Assembly (NCBI GenBank): GCA_934525845.1 | Contig: CAKSZS010000002.1 | Location: 29,265 to 93,264, forward strand | From: an uncultured Faecalibacterium sp. | Lineage (GTDB): Bacteria > Bacillota > Clostridia > Oscillospirales > Ruminococcaceae | DNA length: 64,000 bases | Reading direction: 5' to 3' | Part shown: positions 45,098 to 55,870 of the stretch, piece after piece | Numbering within the stretch: position 1 is the first letter of the stretch | Layout: each line of letters begins with the position of its first letter | The notes under the pieces: model-generated | Databases searched by the model: none | Seen by the model: the letters and a program-made list of their open reading frames with translations, nothing else | Told to the model about the DNA's origin: nothing | Translations under genes and position numbers: made by a program

Positions 45098-45136
45098 AAG
45101 CAGGTGCTTTTTCAGGAAGCACCTGCTTTTTTGCTG
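45098..45136 (+). terminator. rho-independent terminator after the kinase-TIR gene
   Basis: AAGCAGGTGCTTtttcaggAAGCACCTGCTTTTTTT. Confidence 0.7.
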
Positions 45137-45401
45137 CCGCCGAGCGGGAAGCGATCCGTTGTGCCGCACGAAAGCGCCCGGCAGGACCGGGTCCCGAAAA
45201 AAGAACGTTTCTGCGTGAAAGAAATTTTCACATGAAAATTCAGACGATAAAACGATATTTTTGAGAAAACTAAACGGAGAGTATCTTAAAATCAGAGGTT
45301 GTTTTTGACAGTTGATTTTAAATCCCCATCCAGACAGGCCGCCCGGCGGTGCCCGCCGAACGCTTTTATACAAATTGTATTCTGCATCAGAAGCCGGCCT
45401 T

Positions 45402-45429
45402 TGCAGACGGCCCGGAGATGTGGTATACT
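45402..45429 (+). promoter_or_regulatory. putative ligA promoter (TTGCAG-16-TGgTATACT)
   Basis: Extended -10 TGGTATACT at 45421-45429. Confidence 0.35.
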
Positions 45430-45431
45430 AA

Positions 45432-47513
<2,082 letters not shown>

Positions 47514-47549
47514 CCGCACGGCATCCGGAGTCCCCTGCAGTCCGAAAGG

Positions 47550-47590
47550 CTGCTGCACAGCATTTTGTGCAGCGGCCTTTTTTGTTTCCG
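47550..47590 (+). terminator. rho-independent terminator after ligA
   Basis: GGCTGCTGCACAgcattttGTGCAGCGGCCTTTTTTGTTT. Confidence 0.65.
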
Positions 47591-47665
47591 GTGCGCCGGG
47601 TTCTATCCGCCGGCCCGGCCGCATAGAATGCTGACAGAATCCCAAAACGAAAGGAGCCGCTGAAG

Positions 47666-48562
47666 GTGGACGAGTATTACCGTGTGATCCAGGCCCTGCC
47701 GCCCTGGCTGGCGCAGCCGCTGGCCGAGCTGCCGCCGCAGGCTGCCGGCACCATCCATGAACTGCGCCTGCGGGTCGGCAGCGGGGTCGCCCTGAACCAG
47801 ATGGGGCGGCAGGGCCTGCTGGAGCAGCGGGCGGACTGCCCGCCGGCGCTGCGCGGCCTGCGGCTGACGGCAGCGCAGATGGAGGAGATCCTGTATGCGC
47901 TGTGTGACGGCTCGGTACACACCCATCAGACGGAACTGGCTGAGGGGTATCTGACCACCCGGACAGGCTGCCGGGTGGGGATCGGCGGACAGTTTGCGGA
48001 GCGGGAAGGTGGGGGCGTCCTTCTGCAGGCGGTCTCCTCCTTCAACTTCCGCATTGCGCGGGTGCGGGAATGCCGGCTCCCGGCAGAGCTGCTGCAGACC
48101 CTGCAGCAGCGGTTTACGGGAATGCTGCTGATCGGGGAACCGGACAGCGGCAAGACCACCCTTCTGCGGCAGATCGCCCGGACGCTGGCCGGGCAGGACC
48201 GGCTGGTGTCTGTCCTGGACGAGCGCGGGGAGCTGTTCCCGCCGGACAGGCCGGACGCTGCAGAAAGGCTGGACCGGATTGCGGGGCTGCCCAAGGCGCG
48301 TGCGGTGCAGATGGCCCTGCGCACGCTGGCACCGCAGGTCATCCTGCTGGACGAGCTGGGAAGCCTGCGGGAGACCGCCGCGCTGGAACAGGGGTTCTGG
48401 AGCGGGGTGGATTTCATTGCAAGCGTGCACGCTTCCGGCCCGGAAGACGCGCTCCGCCGCCCGCAGGTGCAGTACCTGCAGCGCCGCGGAATGCTGCAGG
48501 TGCTGGTGGTGCTGACCGGGCGGACAGCACCGGGCCGGATCCGGGAGGTGCGGCGGCTGTGA
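47666..48562 (+). CDS. spoIIIAA: stage III sporulation protein AA (ATPase)
   Basis: Walker A GEPDSGKTT. It is the first gene of an eight-gene spoIIIA-like operon. Confidence 0.8.
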   Translation: MDEYYRVIQALPPWLAQPLAELPPQAAGTIHELRLRVGSGVALNQMGRQGLLEQRADCPPALRGLRLTAAQMEEILYALCDGSVHTHQTELAEGYLTTRTGCRVGIGGQFAEREGGGVLLQAVSSFNFRIARVRECRLPAELLQTLQQRFTGMLLIGEPDSGKTTLLRQIARTLAGQDRLVSVLDERGELFPPDRPDAAERLDRIAGLPKARAVQMALRTLAPQVILLDELGSLRETAALEQGFWSGVDFIASVHASGPEDALRRPQVQYLQRRGMLQVLVVLTGRTAPGRIREVRRL

Positions 48563-49023
48563 TGCGGTTTCTGCATGAAGCGGGCCTGCTGCTGCTTCCG
48601 TTCTGCGGCTGGCTGGCAGGCGACCTTGTACAGAGCCGCCGGAACGAGCGTCTGGACGCATTGCAGCAGACCATCGCGCTGTTGCAGCGCATTCGGCAGG
48701 AGATCCTGTACCGCCGGGCCGATCTGCAGGCATTGTACCGCCAGCTCTGCCGGGAGGGGATCCTGCCGCAAACGGCAGCGACGCTGCAGCAGACGCCGGC
48801 GCTCTCTGCGGCCCTGACGCCGGAAGAACAGCGGTGCTTCCGGGAATGCATGGACGGCCTGGGGCGCACCGAAGCGGTGCAGGAAGGGGAACGCCTGCAG
48901 TATTACATCGCACGCTTTGAAGGATTCCGGCAGCAGGCCGGGCAGGAAGAAGCGGCCCGCGCCGGTCTGCCCCACAAACTGGGTCTGGCAGCTGGTGCAG
49001 CCCTTGCGCTGGCGCTCTGGTGA
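48562..49023 (+). CDS. spoIIIAB: stage III sporulation protein AB
   Basis: Start overlaps the AA stop as GTGATG. Size and operon position fit. Confidence 0.6.
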   Translation: MRFLHEAGLLLLPFCGWLAGDLVQSRRNERLDALQQTIALLQRIRQEILYRRADLQALYRQLCREGILPQTAATLQQTPALSAALTPEEQRCFRECMDGLGRTEAVQEGERLQYYIARFEGFRQQAGQEEAARAGLPHKLGLAAGAALALALW

Positions 49024-49075
49024 GCGGCAGCGCTTCTCGGAAAAACAGGTTCCAGGAGCGGAGGATGCGGAAACC

Positions 49076-49270
49076 ATGGAGATCGACCTTGTGTTCAAAA
49101 TCGCGGCCATCGGCATCATTGTGGCGGTGCTCAACCAGCTGCTGATCCGTTCCGGGCGGGAGGATCAGGCCATGATGACCACGCTGGCCGGGCTGATCGT
49201 GGTGCTGTCCATTCTGGTCAAGCAGATCAGCACCCTGTTTGTGACCATCAAGGCCCTGTTTGCCCTATGA
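49076..49270 (+). CDS. spoIIIAC: stage III sporulation protein AC (small membrane protein)
   Basis: 64 aa, two hydrophobic helices. Paralogous in character to AD. Confidence 0.65.
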   Translation: MEIDLVFKIAAIGIIVAVLNQLLIRSGREDQAMMTTLAGLIVVLSILVKQISTLFVTIKALFAL

Positions 49271-49647
49271 GCACGGTGTTCTGGGCGGCGGCGGTGATCC
49301 TGTTTGCGGCAGCGGCGCAGATGGTGCTGCAGAAATATGCCCCTCTGTTCGGGCTGCTGTTCTCCGTCGGGGCGGCGCTGGTGCTGCTGGTACGGCTCGG
49401 CACGGCGGTGCAGACCATTCTGCAGGGCGTCCGGCTCCTGGCACAGCGCACGGACGGACAGGCCTTTTCCTGCCTGCTTCGGTGCGCAGGCATCCTGCTG
49501 CTGACCGACTACCTGCGCACCCTGTGCGAAGAGGCCGGCGCAGATTCCCTGGGGTGGTGCACGGGGTTTGCGGGGCGCTGTCTGGTGCTGGCGGCAGCTT
49601 TCCCGCTGCTGGAAGAGGTCTGCCGGAAGATCGGAGGGCTGGCATGA
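49267..49647 (+). CDS. spoIIIAD: stage III sporulation protein AD
   Basis: 126-aa membrane protein that overlaps both neighbours. Confidence 0.65.
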   Translation: MSTVFWAAAVILFAAAAQMVLQKYAPLFGLLFSVGAALVLLVRLGTAVQTILQGVRLLAQRTDGQAFSCLLRCAGILLLTDYLRTLCEEAGADSLGWCTGFAGRCLVLAAAFPLLEEVCRKIGGLA

Positions 49648-50699
49648 GCGCACGGCAGGGCATCGGGCTGCTCCGGCTGACCGGCGTTCTGGGGCAGGCG
49701 TCTGCCCTGGAACCGCTTCCGGGACAGACCCTGTGGCAGGAATATCTGCAGCACTCCCCGGTCTCAGCGGAAGAATTCTCCCGCGATCCGCTCCACGCAC
49801 TGCTCTCGCTGCTGCCGCAGACACCGGTGCAGATGGCAGCGGATCTTCTCCGCGGCTACGCCGATCTGCTGCTGTTTTTGCTGCTGCTGGCCGTCCTGTC
49901 GTTCCTGCTGGGCGACGGTTCGGACCGGGCGCTGCTGGAGATCGCGGCGGCAGGCGGGTGCAGCCTGCTGATCTGGAACGACCTGCTGGCGCTGGCACAG
50001 ACGGTCTGCGAAAAAATGCAGAGCTGGAAGCTGTTCCTCACCAACTTTCTGCCCGTCTACGGCGGTGTTCTGGCGGCGGGCGGGGAAGCCAATGCCGGGG
50101 CCGCAGCCTGCGGCTTCTACCTGACGGGGCTGTGCGTTCTGGCGCAGGCCGCCGTACAGTGGACGGCCCCGCTGCTGCAGTGCTATCTGATGGGCAGCAT
50201 GGCCTGCTGCATCAGTTCCACCCGCAGTCTGGCCGAAGGGTGCGCGCTGCTGGGAAAGCTCCTGCGGCGGGGCCTTGCGCTGTGCGGAAAGGCGTTTGCC
50301 GTCCTGCTGGGGCTGCAGCGGATCGTGACCCTGCAGCTGGACCGGACGGCTTCCCGCCTGGGGCAGCTGGTGGCGGGAAGCGTCCCCGTGATCGGACAGG
50401 CCTTAAGCGGTGCGGCGGACACGCTTCTGGCAGGGCTGCAGCTGCTGAAAAGCAGCCTGGGGCTTGCCGCGCTGGCCATCCTGGGTGCGGAATTCCTGCC
50501 GCTTTATCTGGAACTGCTGCTGCATCTGCTGCTGCTTTCCGGCTGCAGCCTGCTGTGTGACCTGACCGGCAATGCCCGCTGCAAAAGGCTCATGGACTGC
50601 TTTGCGGAAGCGGTACGCTGCATGGCGGCGGTCACCGCGCTGTTTTTCGGGCTGATCGCTGCAGGAATGGTTTTGCTGATGACGCTGGGAGGTGGGTGA
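49644..50699 (+). CDS. spoIIIAE: stage III sporulation protein AE (polytopic membrane protein)
   Basis: 351-aa membrane protein with multiple hydrophobic segments. Confidence 0.65.
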   Translation: MSARQGIGLLRLTGVLGQASALEPLPGQTLWQEYLQHSPVSAEEFSRDPLHALLSLLPQTPVQMAADLLRGYADLLLFLLLLAVLSFLLGDGSDRALLEIAAAGGCSLLIWNDLLALAQTVCEKMQSWKLFLTNFLPVYGGVLAAGGEANAGAAACGFYLTGLCVLAQAAVQWTAPLLQCYLMGSMACCISSTRSLAEGCALLGKLLRRGLALCGKAFAVLLGLQRIVTLQLDRTASRLGQLVAGSVPVIGQALSGAADTLLAGLQLLKSSLGLAALAILGAEFLPLYLELLLHLLLLSGCSLLCDLTGNARCKRLMDCFAEAVRCMAAVTALFFGLIAAGMVLLMTLGGG

Positions 50700-51162
50700 A
50701 TTGCAGACCGTCCGTGCCCTTACGGCAGCGTTCTGCCTGGCCTGCATCGGTGCGGAGCTGACCGCACAGCTGGTGGATGCCGGGTGGGCGCGCCAATGCA
50801 TAAAAGCGCTGGCGGGGCTATATATTTTAGTGGTCCTGCTCCGGCAGCTGACCGGTGCGGCGGGAACGTTTTCCGTGCCGGCCGCGGCCTCGGCTGCACC
50901 GGCGGATCTGGGCAGCCCGGAGCAGCTGCTCCTGACGCAGGCCGAGACCCGGCTGGAAGACTCGCTGCAGCAGACCATCCGGCAGACCTGGGGCACCGAA
51001 GCGGGCCTGCAGATCCGGCTGACCTCGGACGGGACCGCCGCGCAGGCACAGCAGGTGTGGGTGGAGTTCCGTCCGGAGTGCTCGGCGGAAATGCAGGAAC
51101 AGATTCTGAACTTTCTGGAACAGGAGCTGGGCACCCGGCCGGAACGGCAGGAGGGAGTATGA
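50692..51162 (+). CDS. spoIIIAF: stage III sporulation protein AF
   Basis: 156 aa with N-terminal TM helices. Position in the operon fits. Confidence 0.55.
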   Translation: MGELQTVRALTAAFCLACIGAELTAQLVDAGWARQCIKALAGLYILVVLLRQLTGAAGTFSVPAAASAAPADLGSPEQLLLTQAETRLEDSLQQTIRQTWGTEAGLQIRLTSDGTAAQAQQVWVEFRPECSAEMQEQILNFLEQELGTRPERQEGV

Positions 51163-51668
51163 TGGAGCCGATGGAGTCCCTTCGCAGACGGCTGTCCGGC
51201 CGGCCGGCGAAAACGCGGCTGGCCATCGCGGTGGGTGCCGCTGCCATGCTGCTGATCCTGCTTTCCGAGCTGCTTCCCGCCGGAAAACAGCCTGCTGCGG
51301 AAACGGAACGCTCGGCCGCGCAGGCGGCAGCCGCGTATCAGACGGCCATGGAGCAGCAGCTGGAAGAACTGATCCGGCAGATGCAGGGCGCGGGGAAGAC
51401 CACGGTCATGCTCACGCTGGAGACCGGAGAGGAAACGATCTATGCACTGGATACCCAGTCCGGACAGGCACAGAGCCAGGAGACCCACGTTCTTCTGGAG
51501 GATGGCACCGCCCTGACCGAGACCGTCTATCAGCCGCAGATCCGCGGCGTGGCCGTGCTGTGTGAGGGCGGAAGCGATGTCCGGGTCGCCGCCCGCATCA
51601 CTGAGCTGCTCAGCGCCCTGCTGGATCTGCCGTCCAACCGGATCTGTGTGGAACAGCGCACAGCCTGA
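51159..51668 (+). CDS. spoIIIAG: stage III sporulation protein AG
   Basis: 169 aa with an N-terminal TM helix and a soluble domain. Start overlaps the AF stop. Confidence 0.6.
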   Translation: MMEPMESLRRRLSGRPAKTRLAIAVGAAAMLLILLSELLPAGKQPAAETERSAAQAAAAYQTAMEQQLEELIRQMQGAGKTTVMLTLETGEETIYALDTQSGQAQSQETHVLLEDGTALTETVYQPQIRGVAVLCEGGSDVRVAARITELLSALLDLPSNRICVEQRTA

Positions 51669-51724
51669 AAAGCTGTTTTCGAGATCACTGCACACCGCAT
51701 TGCGAAAACAAAGGAGGAGTTCCC

Positions 51725-52345
51725 ATGAGAGCACTTTCCAAGAACACGCGCCGCGCGACCGCTGTGACGCTGGCCGCTGCGCTGGTCATTGCCGTTTACC
51801 TGAACTGGCAGTATGCCCGCACCAACGTGGAGACCGAGCCGCTGGATGCACAGATGGTCTCGGCGGCGGCAGGACCCGCCGAGGAGACTGCCGCCGTTCT
51901 GGACGGTCTGCCCACCGAGGCAGAGGCGGCTTCCGATGTGAGCAGGAACTACGGGGAAGCACAGCTTGTGAGCGTGGCCAACGACAGCGGCACCAAGTTT
52001 TTTGAACAGGCGCGGCTCAAGCGGGAAAAGGCACACGACGAAACGGTGGACACGATCCAGAAGACCCTGAAGGGCAGCGCGCTGTCCGCCGAGGAAAAAA
52101 AGGCCTATACCGACCAGATGGCGGCAGCACTGGAAGATCTGAACGCGGAAAACGAGATCGAGACCCTCATCCGGGCAAAAGGCTTTGCGGACTGCCTGTG
52201 CTTCCTGCAGGCTGGCCGCGCGGACCTGACCGTGATGACCGCCGGAGAACCGCTGACGGCTGCGCAGGTCGCACAGATCCGGGATGTCGTGCTGAGCAAA
52301 AGCAGCGTGACGGCGCAGAATATCACGGTGGTGGAAGTGAAATAA
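51725..52345 (+). CDS. spoIIIAH: stage III sporulation protein AH
   Basis: 206 aa with an N-terminal TM helix and a YscJ/FliF-like region. Last gene of the operon. Confidence 0.65.
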   Translation: MRALSKNTRRATAVTLAAALVIAVYLNWQYARTNVETEPLDAQMVSAAAGPAEETAAVLDGLPTEAEAASDVSRNYGEAQLVSVANDSGTKFFEQARLKREKAHDETVDTIQKTLKGSALSAEEKKAYTDQMAAALEDLNAENEIETLIRAKGFADCLCFLQAGRADLTVMTAGEPLTAAQVAQIRDVVLSKSSVTAQNITVVEVK

Positions 52346-52473
52346 TACAGAAAACCGCTGTATTTATGCGCGCCGTCTGCCGCCGGGGGTGTATGCTCCC
52401 GGCGGCGTGTGCTTTAAAAAGGCGGTGCAAAAATCACGCAGGAGAGCATGATTCGCAGTTTTGCAAACAAGTA

Positions 52474-52503
52474 TTGAAATCGACCCCGCTTTGATGGTAT
52501 AAT
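52474..52503 (+). promoter_or_regulatory. sigma70-like promoter TTGAAA-17-TGGTATAAT
   Basis: Near-consensus extended -10, about 110 nt upstream of the Asp23-family gene. Confidence 0.55.
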
Positions 52504-52615
52504 AGCAGTATCCAAGACGATGATGGCGCCCTGCGCCCCGGGAGCTTCCCTGCGGTGCAGCTGCGTGAAACAACAAGCGGCAGAAGACTTCCTGCCGCTG
52601 GATGGAGGACAGCAC

Positions 52616-52985
52616 AATGGATTTGCAGAACATGGATCTTCAGGGCGGCAGCCTTCAGATTTCGACCGAAGTGATCGCAAAGATCGCGCGCTGTGCTGCG
52701 CTGGAAATTGACGGCGTGGCAGAAGTAGCCTGCGGCACCACGCAGAACAAGAAGCTCAAGGATCTGCTGGAAGCCGCCAGCATTCAGCCGCCGGTCGTGG
52801 TGGAAATGCGGGACGGTACGGCGGAACTCACCCTGCATCTGATGATGCGTCTGGGTGTACGCATTCCGGCTGTGGCGGAAAAGGTGCAGGAAAACGTCAA
52901 GAATTCCGTGCAGAATATGACCAACGTCACGGTCAGCCGCGTGAACCTGATCATTGCCGGCCTGGCCGACACCGAAGAAGCTTGA
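52616..52985 (+). CDS. Asp23/Gls24-family (alkaline shock protein) protein, yqhY-like
   Basis: GGAGGA RBS. Conserved position just upstream of nusB. Confidence 0.7.
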
Positions 52986-53066
52986 CCGGAAGTCCGGCCG
53001 ATAGAAAATCGATTTCTCCTCGCAGGAACTTCCTGCGGGGAGCATTCATGTTGTGAAAGGAATATT

Positions 53067-53513
53067 ATGGAAAACATTTTGCCCCGTAGAGAAGCCCGCG
53101 AGAATGCCTTTCTGCTGGCTTTCTCCCAGACCTTCGGCGATGTCCCGCTGGGAGAAGCGCTGACCAGCCACGAAGAGAACGATGCCGACCATCCGCTGGA
53201 CGCGTTCAGCCGGATGCTGCTGAATGCCTACTACGATCACTCTGCGGAGATCGATGACGAGATCCGCGCCCATCTGCACAACTGGAGAATGGAGCGCCTG
53301 CCCCGCGTCAGCCTGACGGTCCTGCGTCTGGCCATTGCAGAGATGCTGTTCGGCGTGGAAAAGAAGCCCGGCGTTGCCATCAATGAGGCCGTGGAGCTGA
53401 CCAAAAAGTACGGCGCAGAAGAGGACTATCAGTTCGTGAATGGTCTGCTGGGCGCCGTGGCACGGGAGCATGGCCTGAACGAGACCGCCGCCGGGGAGAC
53501 GGCTGCCCAGTGA
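53067..53513 (+). CDS. nusB: transcription antitermination factor NusB
   Basis: 148 aa containing RRARE-NAFLLAF-like N-terminal and LRLAIAEM core motifs. Confidence 0.85.
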   Translation: MENILPRREARENAFLLAFSQTFGDVPLGEALTSHEENDADHPLDAFSRMLLNAYYDHSAEIDDEIRAHLHNWRMERLPRVSLTVLRLAIAEMLFGVEKKPGVAINEAVELTKKYGAEEDYQFVNGLLGAVAREHGLNETAAGETAAQ

Positions 53514-54451
53514 GCCGTTACACGCTTGGGGTCGATACGAGCAACTACGCAACCTCTCTGGCAGTGTTTGATACAGCCGGAGAGGTTGTTTGCGCAAAAA
53601 AACGTTTTTTGCCGGTCAAGCCCGGACAGCTGGGCCTGCGGCAGAGCGATGCACTGTTCCACCACACGGCAGCGCTGCCGGAAATGCTGGAAGAACTGGC
53701 GCAGGAGTTCGATCTGACCCGCATCGATGCGGTAGGGGTCTCGCAGAAGCCGCGCCCGGTGGAAGGAAGCTATATGCCCTGTTTTCTGGCAGGGGTCAAT
53801 GCAGCCACAGCCTTTGCGGCTGCACGGGGCATCCCGCTGGTGCACACGACCCATCAGCAGGGCCACGCCGCCGCCGCGCTGTTTGCAGCGGAAGGCCCGG
53901 CGCTGTTCGGCCAGAAGGTGCTGCTGTTCCACATCTCGGGCGGCACCACGGATCTGCTGCTCTGCGATGCGGTGCGCCGCATCACAACGCTGGGCACCAG
54001 CTCCGATCTGTATGCCGGACAGGCGGTGGACCGCGTGGGCGTAAAGCTTGGCTTCGGGTTCCCGGCGGGCGCGGAGGTATCGCGCCTGGCGGCACAGTGC
54101 ACGGAGGACATCCGACCGAAGTCCAGCGTGAAGGGGATGCAGTGCAGTCTTTCGGGGCTGGAAAATCAGTGCAACGCCTTGCTGGACGCCGGAAAAACAC
54201 CGGAATACGTCTGCAGATACTGTCTGCTCTGCGTGGCCGATACGGTAGTCCGGATGACCCGGGCTGCACAGAAAGAATATCCCGGCCTGCCGGTGGTCTG
54301 CGCGGGCGGCGTCATGAGCAGCGATGTCATCCGGCAGTGGGTGCAGCAGCGCCTTCCGAAGGTCTACTTCGTGCCGGGGCAGTATTCCAGCGACAACGCC
54401 ATCGGGGTGTCCATCCTTGCCGCACGGGAGGCCGGATTATGGCTGACGTGA
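53510..54451 (+). CDS. Kae1/TsaD (glycoprotease) family protein
   Basis: Begins with LGVDTS and contains VHTTHQQGH (HxxxH metal motif), FHISGGTTDL, SLSGL and VCAGGVMSSD, all resembling TsaD. Confidence 0.5.
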   Translation: MSRYTLGVDTSNYATSLAVFDTAGEVVCAKKRFLPVKPGQLGLRQSDALFHHTAALPEMLEELAQEFDLTRIDAVGVSQKPRPVEGSYMPCFLAGVNAATAFAAARGIPLVHTTHQQGHAAAALFAAEGPALFGQKVLLFHISGGTTDLLLCDAVRRITTLGTSSDLYAGQAVDRVGVKLGFGFPAGAEVSRLAAQCTEDIRPKSSVKGMQCSLSGLENQCNALLDAGKTPEYVCRYCLLCVADTVVRMTRAAQKEYPGLPVVCAGGVMSSDVIRQWVQQRLPKVYFVPGQYSSDNAIGVSILAAREAGLWLT

Positions 54452-55662
54452 TCTCGGTCTCCCAGCTCAACCGCTATGTCAAGCAGCGGCTGGACATGGA
54501 CGATGCCCTGTTTGATCTGGCCTTGCGCGGCGAGATCGCCAACTTTGTCCAGAATGCCCGCAGCGGGCACTGTTACTTTACCCTGCGGGACGAAGCCAGC
54601 AGTGTGAAGGCGGTCATGTTCCGGGCGGATGCCCGGCGGCTCGCATTCCGCCCGGAAGAGGGGATGCGGGTCGTGGTGCGCTGCCGCGTCACCCTCTATG
54701 AGCGGGACGGTGCGTTTCAGGTATACGTCAACGCCATGTTCCCGGACGGGCTGGGGGAAGCGCAGCTGGCTCTGGAGCAGCTGAAGGCCCGGCTGGAACA
54801 GGAAGGACTTTTTGCTCCGGAGCACAAAAAGCCGCTGCCGCGCTATCCCCGGTGCATCGGTATCGTGACGAGCAAGACCGGTGCGGCGCTGCAGGATATC
54901 CGCAATGTCATCGGCCGCCGCTGGCCCAGCGTGCGCCTGCTGCTCTGCCCGGTCACGGTGCAGGGCTTTGAGGCCGCCGGACAGGTCGCGCAGGCCATCC
55001 GGACGCTGGACCGGAGCGGAAAGGTGGACGAGATCATCGTGGCGCGGGGCGGCGGAAGCCGGGAAGACCTCTGGGTCTTCAACGCGGAAGTGATCGCACG
55101 GGCAGCTTTCCGCTGCAAGACCCCGCTCATCAGCGCCATCGGCCATGAGATCGATTATACCATTCTGGACTTTGTGGCTGACCAGCGCGCGCCGACTCCT
55201 TCCGCTGCGGCAGAGCTTGCCGTGCCGGATCGGGAAGAGCAGCTGGGACGTCTGCAAATTTTACAACAAAATATTTCTAAAAATATGCAAAAACGGTTGG
55301 ATTTGTGCTATAATGGAGTAAAACAATACAACCTTGCGTTGGAGCAAGGCTGGCAGCGCCGGACGCTGCAGAACGATTTTGAACGGCTTTCCGTGATGAA
55401 TCGGGCGATTCCCGCACAAATGCAGGCCCGTCTTTCTGCAAAAACACTTGCACTGCAGCACCAGGCGGCACTGGCGGCGTCACTGGATCCGTATCAGGTC
55501 CTGGCGCGCGGCTATGCGCTGCTGACCGGCACAGACGGTACGATCTGCACGCCGGGGCAGCTGCATCCGGGGCAGACCATTTATGTCTGCGGCACCCAGC
55601 GTCAGGCGCTGTGCCGCGTGGAAACCGTGGAGGAACGGAATGAAAGCACCCAAAAGCTTTGA
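54439..55662 (+). CDS. xseA: exodeoxyribonuclease VII large subunit
   Basis: N-terminal OB-fold region VSQLNRYVKQRLD. 407 aa. Followed by xseB. Confidence 0.85.
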   Translation: MADVISVSQLNRYVKQRLDMDDALFDLALRGEIANFVQNARSGHCYFTLRDEASSVKAVMFRADARRLAFRPEEGMRVVVRCRVTLYERDGAFQVYVNAMFPDGLGEAQLALEQLKARLEQEGLFAPEHKKPLPRYPRCIGIVTSKTGAALQDIRNVIGRRWPSVRLLLCPVTVQGFEAAGQVAQAIRTLDRSGKVDEIIVARGGGSREDLWVFNAEVIARAAFRCKTPLISAIGHEIDYTILDFVADQRAPTPSAAAELAVPDREEQLGRLQILQQNISKNMQKRLDLCYNGVKQYNLALEQGWQRRTLQNDFERLSVMNRAIPAQMQARLSAKTLALQHQAALAASLDPYQVLARGYALLTGTDGTICTPGQLHPGQTIYVCGTQRQALCRVETVEERNESTQKL

Positions 55663-55867
55663 AGAAGGCATGGAACGGCTGGATGCGATCTTTGCCCGGA
55701 TGCAGAGCGAGGAGACCTCGCTGGCAGAGTCCGTCAAGCTGTACGCAGAAGCGGCGTCTCTGATGGAATACTGCCGCAGCACCCTGGAAAAGACCTCCCT
55801 GCAGATCGAGGAGATCGATGCAAAGCTTGCGCAGACCATGCAGGCGGCACAGCCGCAGGAGGAATGA
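55640..55867 (+). CDS. xseB: exodeoxyribonuclease VII small subunit
   Basis: 75 aa beginning FEEGMERLDAIFARMQSEETSLAESVKLYAEA. Confidence 0.85.
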   Translation: MKAPKSFEEGMERLDAIFARMQSEETSLAESVKLYAEAASLMEYCRSTLEKTSLQIEEIDAKLAQTMQAAQPQEE

Positions 55868-55870
55868 CCG

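Noticed and set aside
47591-47665. Sigma-E/sigma-G type promoter for spoIIIA (gcATAGAATgctgacagaatcccaaAACGaaagg)
   Set aside because: The resemblance to the sporulation-sigma consensus is too weak to call by eye. It is left unannotated.
52346-52420. Terminator after spoIIIAH (GCCGCCGGGGGtgtatgcTCCCGGCGGC)
   Set aside because: The hairpin is present, but it is followed by GTGTGCTTT rather than a clean U-tract. That is too weak to list as a feature.
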